This document shows, piece after piece, positions 32,829 to 44,965 of a DNA stretch of 64,000 bases (position 1 is the first letter of the stretch; the number at the start of each line of letters is the position of its first letter). The stretch is from Ilumatobacteraceae bacterium (GTDB lineage: Bacteria; Actinomycetota; Acidimicrobiia; Acidimicrobiales; Ilumatobacteraceae). The translations under genes were made by a program, and so were the position numbers. The notes below the pieces were generated by a model. The model was not told where the DNA came from, did no database searches, and saw nothing but the letters and a program-made list of their open reading frames with translations. The stretch covers positions 56,506 through 120,505 of the forward strand of contig CAWKMO010000012.1 of NCBI GenBank assembly GCA_963850755.1, read 5' to 3'.

Positions 32829-33782
32829 TTAGTTGCGGCTCGATGGGCCGGTCAGCGCGTCGGCGATGGCGGCGATGTGAGCGTGATCGGTGCCGCAACA
32901 CCCACCGACGACACGAAGGTCGGGCAGCACGTCGTCGAGGTGGCGATAGAGATCGGCCAAGTCGTCCGGGTCGCCGCGATCGAGCTCCTCGGCGGCGTCG
33001 AGCTCGGCGTGGCTCATTCGTGAGGCGTTGGCGCGTATCGCCTTGATCCGACGCGACGAGTCGCCGCCCGGCAGCGCTGCGGCGAAGTGCGTGGGATGGG
33101 CGCAGTTGACCATGTAGTAGGCAGGCCCGTCGTCGGTGGCGCGGTCGACCGCCTCGATCGCATCCTCGATCGTTGCTCCCGATGGCAGTCGACCGTCGGT
33201 CTCGGCCGTGAAGCTGATCACCACCGGAAGGCCGGCCGCGGCCGCGGCACGGGTGATGCCGATCGCCTCGTCGACGTACGTCATCGTGACGGCCGTGACC
33301 ATGTCGGCGCCGGCGCGGGCGAACGCCTCGGTCTGGAGCGTGTGGTACTCGGCGGCCTCGTCGGGACCCATCGTCAGACCGATGACGTACCCGTCACCGC
33401 GCGGACCGATGACGCCGTCGATCACGGTTCGCACCCCGGGGCGCGTGCCGGCCAGGCCGTGCGCGTGCACGACGGCCCGCTCGTTGACAGCGCCGAGCCG
33501 GCCGGCGTCGTAGCCGAGTCGCGCACCCCAGTCGCCATTGGCGCGCCACGTCGCCGTGTCGAGCACGAAACCGAGCGCGTGTCGCTCGGCGATGTCGAGG
33601 TAGCCGGCGAAGTAGCGCTCGAGCGCCGCCCGGCCGTCGTCGTCGTCGAGCAGGGGGAAGGCTGCGAAATCGGGGAGATCGATGCCTTCGAGGAACACGA
33701 GCGTGGTCTCCAGCCCCCCGTCGGTGAGGAAGATCGGTCCGGAGAGTTGCGGGAGCGTCGGTGTTGCGTGCGCGGCTGACAT
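32829..33782 (-). CDS. Homocysteine S-methyltransferase family protein
   Basis: FLTDGGLET, VNCAHP and GGCCGT zinc ligands. Confidence 0.9.
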   Translation of the reverse strand: MSAAHATPTLPQLSGPIFLTDGGLETTLVFLEGIDLPDFAAFPLLDDDDGRAALERYFAGYLDIAERHALGFVLDTATWRANGDWGARLGYDAGRLGAVNERAVVHAHGLAGTRPGVRTVIDGVIGPRGDGYVIGLTMGPDEAAEYHTLQTEAFARAGADMVTAVTMTYVDEAIGITRAAAAAGLPVVISFTAETDGRLPSGATIEDAIEAVDRATDDGPAYYMVNCAHPTHFAAALPGGDSSRRIKAIRANASRMSHAELDAAEELDRGDPDDLADLYRHLDDVLPDLRVVGGCCGTDHAHIAAIADALTGPSSRN

Positions 33783-33805
33783 GAGGTGCTCCTGACGGCG
33801 GACGA

Positions 33806-34804
33806 TCAGCGGTCGTGGTCTCCTTGCCGGTACACAGCAGTGAGCTCATCGAGACGTTGCTTCACATCATCGCTGATCGGCGACTCGACGGCCGCCACCG
33901 ACGCCGCCAACTGGTCGGGTCGGCTGGCGCCGACGATCGGAGATGTGATCACGGGATTGGCGAGCACCCACTGGATCGCCAAGGTGGTGAGCGGCACGCC
34001 GCAGTCCTCGGCGACGCTGCGCAGCTCGTCGACGGTTGCGAACATCTGGTCCTGCCAATAACGCTCGCGGTACATCTCCTGCGACCGCCCGAGCGTGAAG
34101 CGCGTGCCCTCGGTGGGAGCGCCCTGACGGTGCTTGCCGGTGAGCAAACCACCTGCCAACGGGTTATACGGGATCACGGCAACCTGCTCCTCGGCGCACA
34201 GCGGGAACAGCTCGCGTTCGTTCTCGCGGAAGAGCAGGTTGTAGCGCGGCTGCACGCTCTCGAAGCGGGCGATGCCGTGCAGTTCGCTGCGGCCGATCGA
34301 TCGGGCGAGTTGATAGGCGAGCGTGTTGGAGCAACCGATGTAGCGCACCTTGCCGGCGCGGACCAGATCGTCCATCGCCTGCAGGGTCTCGTCGATCGGA
34401 GTCGAACGGTCGAAGAAGTGGATCTGGTACAGGTCGATGTAGTCGGTGCGCAGCCGTCGCAGCGAGGCGTCGATCGCGCGCATCACGTTCTTGCGACTGT
34501 TGCCCTGGTCCCACGTGTTGGGACCGCTGCGACCGAAGCACTTGGTGGCGAGGATCACGCCGTCACGACGGTGCTCGCCACGCTCGAACCATTCGCCGAT
34601 CAGCTCCTCTGTGCGACCGACCAGCTCGACCGGGCATCCGAGCGGATACACGTCGGCCGTGTCGAAGAAGGTGATCCCGGCCTCGTGGGCAGCGTCCATG
34701 ATGGCGAACGAGGTCTCGTCATCGCACTGGAAGCCGAACGTCATCGTGCCGAGGCACAAGGGCGACACCCGGAGGCCGGTGCGGCCGAATCGCACGTGAT
34801 CCAT
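33806..34804 (-). CDS. Aldo/keto reductase
   Basis: LCLGTMTFG, DTADVY, LATK, SLRRL.TDYIDLYQ.H and GKVRYIG.SN. Confidence 0.95.
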   Translation of the reverse strand: MDHVRFGRTGLRVSPLCLGTMTFGFQCDDETSFAIMDAAHEAGITFFDTADVYPLGCPVELVGRTEELIGEWFERGEHRRDGVILATKCFGRSGPNTWDQGNSRKNVMRAIDASLRRLRTDYIDLYQIHFFDRSTPIDETLQAMDDLVRAGKVRYIGCSNTLAYQLARSIGRSELHGIARFESVQPRYNLLFRENERELFPLCAEEQVAVIPYNPLAGGLLTGKHRQGAPTEGTRFTLGRSQEMYRERYWQDQMFATVDELRSVAEDCGVPLTTLAIQWVLANPVITSPIVGASRPDQLAASVAAVESPISDDVKQRLDELTAVYRQGDHDR

Positions 34805-34831
34805 GCCGCACCGTACCGCCGGTTGGAACGA

Positions 34832-36595
34832 TCAGCGGAGCTGAGCAGCGTGATCGATGAGTGCCGCCAGATCATCCACGTCGTCGTCGTCGAACATGTC
34901 GGCGAGGTGTTCGGCTTCCCGCGACAGGTCGTCGATGTCGACCGAGTCGGCGTACGGGTTGTCGCGCATCACCTCGGCGAAGGCGGCCACGACGGTGGCG
35001 AGCTGGAAGTCGTCCGGCGTGTCGGTCCATTCCGGCTCGATGTCACGGAGCCGGATGTCGTCGTCGATCTCGACGACCTCGCCACTCTCGGGATCCTCCC
35101 AACGCAGGAAGACCTGACCGAGATCCTCCCGATCGTCGATGCTCACCCCGTCGGCGAGCTCGACCTCGTAGATCGCCGTCACCTGATGTCCGGCGCCGAG
35201 CTCGCCGGCGTCGACCGCGTCGTCCCGGAAGTCGCTGTCTCGGACGCCTCGGTTCTCGAACCCGATCAGCCGGTACGACTCGACGACGGACGGATCGAAC
35301 TCGACCTGGATCTTGGCGTCCTTGGCGATCGTCAACAACGTCGCCGTCAGCTCGTCCTCGAAGAGTCGCTCGGCCTCGTCCTGCGTGTCGACGTAGGCGT
35401 AGAAGCCGTTGCCCTGGTCGGCGAGCTGCTCCATCGTGACGTCGTTGAAGTTGCCCATGCCGAAGCCGACGGTGACGAGGTCGATGCCACGGTCGGCATC
35501 GCCGCTGATCATCTGCGCCAGTGCGGTCGGGTCGGTGAGGCCGACGTTGGCGACACCGTCGGAGGCGAGCACGACCCGGTTGATCCCGTCCCGCCGGAAG
35601 GCCTCGTTGGCGAGCGCGTAGCCGCTGCGAAGCCCGGCTTCGAGATTGGTCGACCCGCCGGGTCGCAGGGCGTCGATGGCGTCGAGGATGGTGTCGCGCT
35701 CGGCGACCTCGGTCGGCGCCAGGACGACACCGGCCTGATCGTCGTAGGTCACGATCGCCACGGTGTCATCGTCCTCGAGCTCGTCGACCAGGATCTCGAG
35801 TGACCGCTTGACGAGTCCGAGCCGGTCGTCGCGGTCCATGGATCCCGATGTGTCGACCACGAACGTCAGGGCCGCTGGTCCACGGTCTGCATCCTCGACG
35901 ACCTCGCCCTGGACTCCGACGCGGACCAGATAGTTGCCGGTGTCGAATGGTGATGGACCACCGTCGATGGTGACGTCCAACCCGCGTCGAGGTGCCCGGT
36001 AGTCGTAGTGGAAGGCGTTGATGTACTCCTCGGGCCGAACCGACTCGATCGGGGGCAACGACCCCTCGTCGAGCCAGCGTCGTGTCACGGTGAACGAACC
36101 GGTGTCGACGTCGAGCGCGAAGGTCGACAATGGATCATCGCCGGCGTCCACGAACTGTCGGTATCCGTAGTCGCGGAAGGTGTTGTCCTCGAACCGGGCG
36201 GCGTCGTCCTCGCTGCCCTCCTCGGGTGGCGCCGACTCCGATCCGAACAACCCGCCGTCGGCATCCTCGGGTGCGGATTCGGCGGCGGCACTGTCCGCCG
36301 ACGAATCACCTGCCGGAGCCGCGGTAGCCGCCGGAGCTTCCGTCCCCGCCGGAACCTCCGGGCTGATCGGATCGAAGCGACCCTCGGCATCGCTTCCGGT
36401 CGATGACTGGTCGGTGTCGCCGGGTTCCTCCGACGCCGAATCGTCGGCGAACAGACCTTCGTCGTCGGCACCGGTTCGTTCGGCCGACAGTGGCTCGGCC
36501 GAACCCGCGTCGTCGTCGTCACTGCTGCAACCGGTGACGAGTACCCCCAAGACCGCCAGGGCGGCCAATGTCGTGTTCACGTTGCTGCGCTTCAT
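34832..36595 (-). CDS. YfbK-like vWA-domain lipoprotein
   Basis: Lipobox VTGC, acidic linker, STFALDVDTGS, DTSGS MIDAS motif and YRLIGFENR. Confidence 0.88.
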   Translation of the reverse strand: MKRSNVNTTLAALAVLGVLVTGCSSDDDDAGSAEPLSAERTGADDEGLFADDSASEEPGDTDQSSTGSDAEGRFDPISPEVPAGTEAPAATAAPAGDSSADSAAAESAPEDADGGLFGSESAPPEEGSEDDAARFEDNTFRDYGYRQFVDAGDDPLSTFALDVDTGSFTVTRRWLDEGSLPPIESVRPEEYINAFHYDYRAPRRGLDVTIDGGPSPFDTGNYLVRVGVQGEVVEDADRGPAALTFVVDTSGSMDRDDRLGLVKRSLEILVDELEDDDTVAIVTYDDQAGVVLAPTEVAERDTILDAIDALRPGGSTNLEAGLRSGYALANEAFRRDGINRVVLASDGVANVGLTDPTALAQMISGDADRGIDLVTVGFGMGNFNDVTMEQLADQGNGFYAYVDTQDEAERLFEDELTATLLTIAKDAKIQVEFDPSVVESYRLIGFENRGVRDSDFRDDAVDAGELGAGHQVTAIYEVELADGVSIDDREDLGQVFLRWEDPESGEVVEIDDDIRLRDIEPEWTDTPDDFQLATVVAAFAEVMRDNPYADSVDIDDLSREAEHLADMFDDDDVDDLAALIDHAAQLR

Positions 36596-36694
36596 GACGC
36601 TTCGACGTCACCCGGGGTGCGACGGTTCCCGCGCCGGCCGGGCCCGGTGTGACGGCTTCGTGACGAACGCGACCGACTGGTACACCTGTGCCCG

Positions 36695-37555
36695 GTGGCG
36701 ATCGTCCTGGCGTTGATCTCAGCCGTCATGTACGGCGTCTCCGACTATGTCGGAGGTCGGGCGAGCCGACGCGTCCCGGCGACGGCGGTGGCGTTGCTCG
36801 CTGAGCTCGTGATCCTGGTCGTCTGCCTCCTGACGGTGCCGCTGTTCGAGTCGAAGCCGGCGACCGGAGAGGCGGCCATCTGGGGTTTGGTCGCCGGCGC
36901 CACCGGAAGCATCGCCATCGTCGGCCTGTACATCGCCCTGTCGCGCGGCAACATGACGGTCGTCGCTCCCGTGACCGGTGTGGTGGCCGCCGTCGTTCCC
37001 GTCGTGGTCGGAGTCGCCCAGGGCGAGCGGCCTTCGGTGCTCGCCATCGTCGGCATCGCGATCGCGATCGCGGCGGTGGCGCTGATCGGCGGTCTTGCCG
37101 GGCTGTTCTCGAAACGCTCCGCGCGGCCGACGATCGATGCCGGCACGGTCGCGTTGGCAGTCGGCGTCGGTGTCGGCTTCGGGTTCCTGTTCGTGGCCTT
37201 CGCCCAACCGGGGGAGGACACCGGGCTGTGGCCCTTGCTGTTCGCCAGGTTCTCGGGCCTGCCGATCCTGTTGCTGGCGTTCCTGATCCAGACGCGGGGT
37301 CAGCGAACGACGGTCGGTCGCGCGCTGGTGGGCCCCGCCGTCGCGATCGGGCTGCTGATCGCCGGGTCGAACGTGACCTACCTGCTGTCGACCCGTGAAG
37401 GCTTGCTGTCGGTCGTGGCCGTCGTGGTGGCGATGTACCCGGCGAGCACGATCTGCCTGGCTTCCGTGATCGACGGGGAACGGGCGACCTCGGCCCAGCT
37501 GACGGGGATGGCGCTGGCGGCGGGTGCGCTGGTGATGATCACGACCGGCAGCTGA
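36695..37555 (+). CDS. EamA/DMT-family transporter
   Basis: About 10 TM helices; YGVSDY.GG and G.M.VVAP. Confidence 0.85.
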   Translation: MAIVLALISAVMYGVSDYVGGRASRRVPATAVALLAELVILVVCLLTVPLFESKPATGEAAIWGLVAGATGSIAIVGLYIALSRGNMTVVAPVTGVVAAVVPVVVGVAQGERPSVLAIVGIAIAIAAVALIGGLAGLFSKRSARPTIDAGTVALAVGVGVGFGFLFVAFAQPGEDTGLWPLLFARFSGLPILLLAFLIQTRGQRTTVGRALVGPAVAIGLLIAGSNVTYLLSTREGLLSVVAVVVAMYPASTICLASVIDGERATSAQLTGMALAAGALVMITTGS

Positions 37556-37566
37556 GCCGGTCGGCT

Positions 37567-37657
37567 GAGAGGGCGAGCCGATAGGCGGAGCCCGACCATC
37601 GAGATCGGAGGACCCGACGGATGAAAGGAGCGGAGCGACCTATCCGCTCGAGTCCTC
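37567..37657. repeat. Repeat family B, copy 2 (reverse orientation)
   Basis: ATGAAAGGAGCGGAGCGACCTATCCGCTC is the reverse complement of 12500-12528; the flanks are also similar. Confidence 0.85.
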
Positions 37658-38544
37658 AGGCGATCGCGGCGACGGCCTGGCGCAGCGCGTCGGCGATCTC
37701 TGCCGCTCCCGATTCCCCGAACATGATCGAGTAGTGGTTGCTGCCTTCCACGAACCGCCAATCGTGGCCGGGATACTCGGTCGACGAAGCGCTCCGGCAC
37801 GAACGGCGGTGGAGTCGCCAACAGGCCGGTCTCGGCGCGAACCACGGTGAGGCGGCCGGCGTGGCGCGCGAACAGGCCGCGCACCTCGTCATCGCTGAGC
37901 AGCTCGCCCCCGTCGAAGCGCACCGCCTCCTCACTCACGTTGCTGCGAAAGCCGCCCTCGCAGTCGACGAGATCGGAGAGGAGATACCGCTCCATCTCGA
38001 GCGTGAGGCCCCCGGCGAAGGCGGGATGGGCGCTCCACATCGCGTGGTATGTCACCCGATCGGGCCATACCTTGCGCAATCGCTCGATCGCCGGCCCGAG
38101 CATCTCATCGAGCATGGCATCGCTCGACAACTCGTCGTCGCGGTCGATCGGCGGGCCTCCGTCGACGAGCACCAGGCTGGCGACCGCGGCGGGATGGCGC
38201 TCGGCGCACATCAGGGCCACGTGGGCGCCCATCGAGTGTCCCGTGATCACCGCCGGAGCGGTGCCGAGTCGGGCGATCACGGCGGCGACGTCGTCGGAAT
38301 GGCCGCGCATGCCGAACGGTGGCAGCGCCTGGTTGCTGGCACCCCGCCCGCGGAGGTCGATCGCCACCAGGCCGACCTCGCCGTTCAGGTGGTGGGCGAC
38401 GTTGCCCCAACTCCACGCGTTGGCGGTGATGCCGTGCACGGCGACCACGAACGGCGACCCCGGCCGCCCTCGCCAACGCACGCATCCGAGCTCGGCACCG
38501 TCGACGGTCACCCGCAGCGTGTCAGGTGAATTTGCCGGGCCCAC
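37656..38544 (-). CDS. Alpha/beta hydrolase (frameshift near 37785)
   Basis: VHGITAN, DLRGRG, GHSMG nucleophile and NHY. Confidence 0.9.
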
Positions 38545-38738
38545 GAATCGACGACGTTAGCGATTCCGCGGACTGCCGTCGGGATCAGCTGGAGCCGAGC
38601 AGATCTCACGCTCAGCGGTCAGGGGGGTCGCGCTCGTGGCCGGAACGTGGCGAGGTTCGGTCAGTCTTGATGAAAATCAGGGTGCGCGGGCCCTAATTGC
38701 CCTGTTTGCGGTGAGGGCTCTCTCGTAGCGTGATGTGC

Positions 38739-39203
38739 ATGGCGAGGCGGGCGGACGGTGGAGTGAATCGAGGCCGGGTGTGGCGGGCCGTGGCGGTCGG
38801 CGTGACCCTGGCCGCAACCGGCGCCTGCGCGCTGGGCGGCACGATCGCCCACGCCGACGAACCGCCAGTGGTGCCGGACGCGTCCGTCCCGACCGGCGAG
38901 ATCGACGGCGCGATCGTCGCCGTGGGCATGCCCCCCGTGCCCCCGACGACGATCGAGGTCGCGGTCGGCGAACCACCGGTGCCCCCCACCTCGATCGAGG
39001 TCGCGGTCGGCGAGCCTCCGGTTCCTCCGGTCACGATTCCCGACGCCGTCCCGCCGGTCGACGGTTCCGGTGCCGAGGTCGACCGAGGCTCGTCCGGCGC
39101 GTCACACTTGCCCGAGACCGGTTCGTCGACGGCGACGGCGATCGTGGCCGGCGCGGCAGCGTCGGTGGGAGACGTGCTCTGGGCGCTGGCCCGGAGCGTC
39201 TGA
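38739..39203 (+). CDS. Small Pro-rich secreted protein with LPETG sorting motif
   Basis: Signal peptide ending AHA; three ~14-aa repeats (I)xVAVGxPPVPPxx; LPETG plus hydrophobic tail. Confidence 0.7.
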   Translation: MARRADGGVNRGRVWRAVAVGVTLAATGACALGGTIAHADEPPVVPDASVPTGEIDGAIVAVGMPPVPPTTIEVAVGEPPVPPTSIEVAVGEPPVPPVTIPDAVPPVDGSGAEVDRGSSGASHLPETGSSTATAIVAGAAASVGDVLWALARSV

Positions 39204-39216
39204 CCGCCGGCTCGCC

Positions 39217-40486
<1,270 letters not shown>

Positions 40487-40561
40487 GTTGCTTCCTTCGT
40501 GTCACGAGCTGTTGCGAGACGGGGCTTTCTCCCCGGGCGGTCAATGTACCCCCCGGTAGGT

Positions 40562-41338
40562 TCACCGCTCCAACGAGGGGCTCCGGCACGGAGGGTTGCA
40601 CGCGCCTTCAGCTCGGCACGACGGCTCAACCGGCGCCCGGCCAGCACGAGCGCCATGTCGAAGCCGACCACCAGCACCAGCGCGACGGCGGCGTCGGCGA
40701 TGTAGTGGTTGGCGGTGACGACGATCGCCAGCAACGTGATCAGCGGATGCGCCAACGCCAGCCAGCTCCAGCGTCCGCCCTTGATCCTCACGAACATCAG
40801 GGCGATCAGCAGCGCCCAGCCGAAGTGCAGCGAGGGCATCGCCGCGAACTGGTTGGCGACCGACTGGTTGGTGTCCTTGGTGTAGATGCTCGGGCCGTAG
40901 ACCTGGAGCGTGTCGACGAAGCCCTGGTGCTCGAGCATGCGGGGTGGCGCCAGCGGGATAGGCGACGTGGATCACCAGGGCAGCGAGCGTGACCGACAGG
41001 AACCAGTTCCGGAAGCGTGGGTACAGATCGCGGTGGCGGATCACGACCCAGGCGACGAATCCGAACGAGACCGGGAAGTGGACGAACACGTAGTAGTGGT
41101 TGAGGAACCCGATCACCCCGTCGAGGCCCATCGAGAGCTCCTGCAGGCGACGCTCGGCGAAGACGTGCAGCGTGCGCTCGACGTCGACGACCTGGGCGGC
41201 GTTGTCGAAGGCGGCATCGGTGTCGTTGCGCGTGAGGTACCGCACCTGCCGGTAGCCGACGAAGGTGAGGGCGATGATCAGAGATCTCGCGTACGGCGAA
41301 CCCCGCGCGCCGGAGAACAGACGAGAGGCGGATTTCAT
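40562..41338 (-). CDS. PAP2_3 family (IPC-synthase-like) membrane protein (frameshifted; 3' end approximate)
   Basis: NHYY..VHF, LAPPRM, NQFAAMPSLHFGWA and TANHY..D. Confidence 0.87.
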   Translation of the reverse strand: MKSASRLFSGARGSPYARSLIIALTFVGYRQVRYLTRNDTDAAFDNAAQVVDVERTLHVFAERRLQELSMGLDGVIGFLNHYYVFVHFPVSFGFVAWVVIRHRDLYPRFRNWFLSVTLAALVIHVAYPAGATPHARAPGLRRHAPGLRPEHLHQGHQPVGRQPVRGDALAALRLGAADRPDVREDQGRTLELAGVGASADHVAGDRRHRQPLHRRRRRRAGAGGRLRHGARAGRAPVEPSCRAEGACNPPCRSPSLER

Positions 41339-41457
41339 AGTCACACAGAGAGCGTGAACCGGCGCACTTGATACGCACTGGAAGCCGACTTGCAAGCCCG
41401 TGCCGGGACTGCCGAAAATGGCCGGATCGCCCGGATCGCAGCTGTCAGACTGCTGGC

Positions 41458-42537
41458 GTGAGGCGATCGGTCCTGCTCATCGGGTTGACGGCGCTCGTGG
41501 CCGGCTGCGGCCCGGATGACGACGACTCGCTCGGCCGCGGTGCCGCGATGTCACGCCGTCGTCCTCGACGACCGCCACCGTCGAGCCGACGGTGCCCGCG
41601 ACAGCACCGCCTCGACGCCGCCGGCGACCGAGCCGACGACCACGGCGACGATCCGCCGCCGCCCACGACCACCGAACCGTCCGACCGTCACGACGACCGC
41701 CGACGACCCACCGCCGGGCAGCGACCGACGGCACGGCGATCGTCTACGCCTCGTCAGGCGACGAGTACGCCTGGCTGCCGGTCGGCTGGTGGGACGGAAC
41801 CGAGTGGGGATCGGTCGAGTGGCCCGACAGTCGACGTCGTCGTTGCCGACCGCCGACGTTCGACAGCTGTCGGTCGCCAGCGTCGAGTTCGACGGAGGGA
41901 CCGATGCAGGGACTCGACCGACTTCACACCCACCCTGTACGGCTGCATCGACTTGACGCCGAGATGCCGTCGATCGAGCTCGAGCTCGGACCTGCCCGAC
42001 GAGCTGGCATGGTGGGGGTACCGGGCGATTGGGCGTGACCGCGCCGATTGGGACGTGCAGCCGCGCCCGGTCAGCGCCGTCGGCCTCGACGATCCGGAGT
42101 ACCAGCAGGTCGGCGAATCACTGGTTCCCACCGACGAGCCCGTCGATCCGAGCGCTCGGCGACGTGATCCAGGTGGTCCGTGCCGACCTCGACGGCGACG
42201 GGATCGAGGAGGTGCTGTTCACGTTCGAGCACGTCGACCGATTCGCGAGGGATGCGCGTGCGTCGGGCGACTTCTCGATCGTCGTCGCGCGCTATCCCGA
42301 TGCCGACCGGCGACGGTCGTCGACGACGTGCTGTTCGAGCCACGTCGTCGCCGACTCCGATGGAGTTTCCCGACGTCCGGCAGCGCCGCGCGTGCTGGCG
42401 ATCGCCGACCTGAACGGTGACGGCACGATGGAGGTCGCGATCGCGCCGTCGTACTGGGAGGGCGCCGGGATCACGGTCTACGAGTTCCGCGACGGCGCGC
42501 TGCAGCGAGGTGATGACGTCCGGCTGCGGCAGCTGAC
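41458..42537 (+). CDS. Hypothetical lipoprotein with DxDGDG repeats (heavily frameshifted)
   Basis: Lipobox VAGC, Thr/Pro linker, DLDGDGIEE and DLNGDGTME...YWEG. Confidence 0.6.
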
Positions 42538-42546
42538 GAGCCGCGC

Positions 42547-43901
42547 TCAGAGCGGGGTGTTGCCGTGCTTGCGGTGGGGGAGGCGCTCGCGCTTGTTGTC
42601 GAGCATCTCCAGCGCGGCGGCGACCTCGCGGCGGGTCTCGGCCGGGTCGATCACGGAGTCGACGTAGCCGCGCTCGGCGGCGACGTACGGGTTGAGCAGG
42701 CGCTCGGCGTAGTCGGCCTCGAACGCCAGGCGCTCGTCGTCGCTGGCCCGCCGCTGCAGGATCGCCGCCGCCTGGCCGGCGCCCATCACCGCCAATTCGG
42801 CCCACGGCCACGCCAGGCACACGTCGTTGCCCATCGTCTTCGAGTCCATCACGATGAAGGCGCCGCCGTAGCTCTTGCGCAGGATCACGCACACGCGCGG
42901 CACCGTCGCCCTGCCGTAGGCGTACACGAGCTGGGCGCCGTGGCGGATCATGCCGCGCCACTCGAGGTCCTTGCCCGGGTAGAAGCCGGGCGTGTCGACG
43001 AGCGTCACGCAGCGGGATGTTGAAGGCATCGCAGAAGGCGACGAACCGAGCGGCCTTCTGCGAGGCCGGGATGTCGAGCGTGCCGGCCAGGTTCATCGGC
43101 TGGTTGGCGACGATGCCGACCGGGCGTCCGCCGATGGTGGCGAAGGCGGTGACGACGTTGGCCGCCCAGCGGGCCCGCACCTCGAGTTGCACACCGTCGT
43201 CGACGATCGCCTCGATCACCTTGCGCACGTCGTAGCTGCCGGTCGACGACTCGGGGATCAGCTCGCCGGCCTCGGGGCACGGGCGGTCGACGGGGTCGCT
43301 CGAGCGGCCAGCGCGGCGGCGGTTCGTCGGCGTGGTCGGGGAGGTAGGCGAGCAGCTCCTCGATCAGTTGTCCGCCCGCCTCGCGGTCGGGCACGACGGC
43401 GACCGCCACCCCTGCGTGGCGTTCGAGGTTGGCCGGGCTGCCGAGCTCCTGCTTGGTGATGTCGATGCCGGTGAACTGGCGCACCATGACCGGGCCGTTG
43501 ACGAAGGCGTAGGCGTTGCCGGTCATGACGACGAAGTCCATCAGTCCGAGCAGCAACGCCGGACCCGACACCGCCGGTCCGTCGACGATCGCGAACGTCG
43601 GAACGACGCCCGAGCAGCGTGGTGAGCTCGGTCGCCACACGTCCCCAACCGTGGAGCGCGGCCGACGCCCTCGCGGATGTCGGCGCCGGCGCTGCTGATC
43701 ACGGCAACGAGCGGGATCCGTTCCTCGAGCGCCGTGCGGGCGGCGACCTCCCACGTGTTCGACTGGATCGTGGTGAGCGGTGCAGCCGGATCGACCGGGT
43801 GGAAGTCGACCCACGACGACGCGCCGATCACCGAGCAGTCGCACGCGGGCCGAGATCGGGGCAGGGACGCGAGCAAGCAGGTCGACGTCATCGATCGCCA
43901 T
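42547..43901 (-). CDS. Acyl-CoA carboxylase carboxyltransferase subunit (frameshifted)
   Basis: SAGADI.EG, GIVANQP..LAGTLD, VDTPGF.PG and RKSYGGA...KHGN.PL. Confidence 0.9.
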
Positions 43902-43935
43902 CGGCACGTCGAGCGACGACTGACGACGATCGCTC

Positions 43936-44870
43936 TTACCGCTGGCAGCGGCAGCAGGTCGGTGCCGAGATGGACACCGGGCTGATCGTCGGCGTGCGTG
44001 CGCACGACCTCGACGAGCGTTCGCGCCACGGCCGAGGTCGCCGCGCTCGGCCCCGGCCGGCGACGTCGGACCCAGGCGACGACGCGGCGGGGAAGCTCGG
44101 GAACGAGGATCCGCCGGAAGTCGCCCTCGATCTGCTTGGGGGCCGCGGTCGCCGGCACGATCGCCGCTCCGTACCCGTCGAACGCCAGTGATGCCAGCAG
44201 ACGCACGCCGTCGATCTCGGCCTGGGCGCGCAGCGTGACGTCGACGCTGCGCCGCTGCCCGATCGAGCACGCGCCGGAGGGCGGCGCCCTTCGGCGGCAG
44301 CAGGAGCGGCACGTCGTCGAGCTCGGTGAGCGACATCGAGCGTCGTTCGGCGAGCGGATGGGAGCTGTGCACGAGCAGCAGCAGGTCCTCGGCGAACAAT
44401 GGTTCGACCTCGAGCTCGGGATCGTCGATCGGGAGGTGGATGATCGCCGCGTTGAGCTGCCCGGACAGCACGCCAGGCACGATCGTGGTGGTGCTGCCTT
44501 CGCTGACGATCGGGTGCACGCGTGGGTGGCGGGAGGCCACGGCGCCGAGCAGCTGAGGCATCAGCCAGCGGGCAGTGGTGCCGATCACCCCGATGCGGGC
44601 GTCGCCGGACACATCGTTGTCGAGCGAGGCGATGTCGGCCGCGATGTCGTCGATCTCGTGCAGGATCCGCCTGGCGCGTTCGACGACCCGTTCGCCCTCG
44701 TCGGTGAGTCCGCCGTTGGCGCGGTCGATCAGGACCACGCCCAGCTCGCGCTCGAGCTTGGCGACGTGCCCGGAGACGTTGGACTGGACGGTGAACAGGG
44801 CCCGAGCCGCCGATGAGAACGTCCCGTGATCGGCGACGGCCACGATCGCGGCCAACTGACGAACGTCCAC
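43936..44870 (-). CDS. LysR-family regulator (frameshifted; 3' end approximate)
   Basis: QL....AVA.HGTFSSAARAL.TVQS.VS..V.KLE.ELG. Confidence 0.93.
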
Positions 44871-44888
44871 GTAGCGGAGGCTAACCGG

Positions 44889-44959
44889 TGCAATCGGAAA
44901 AACAGATGCAAAGTATCATTCAGTTCTACTTGCCAGATGCACTCGTTCACGTGCATACT
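44889..44959 (+). promoter_or_regulatory. LysR T-N11-A dyad plus sigma70-type promoter
   Basis: TGCAATC-GGAAAAACA-GATGCA (44889-44910); -35 TTGCCA (44930-44935), 18 bp spacer, -10 CATACT (44954-44959). Confidence 0.65.
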
Positions 44960-44965
44960 TTCACA

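Noticed and set aside
28576-33800. Prophage or ICE integrated at tRNA-Val
   Set aside because: No integrase, phage genes or att duplication are visible.
38920-39040. Repeats as graspetide/RiPP cores
   Set aside because: They do not fit TTxxxxEE or TxKxPSD patterns, no ATP-grasp or other maturase is nearby, and the protein has a signal peptide and LPETG.
43005-44870. Apparent fusions (LysR-carboxyltransferase, MFS-photolyase, GNAT-methyltransferase)
   Set aside because: They are explained by indel errors that bypass stop codons.
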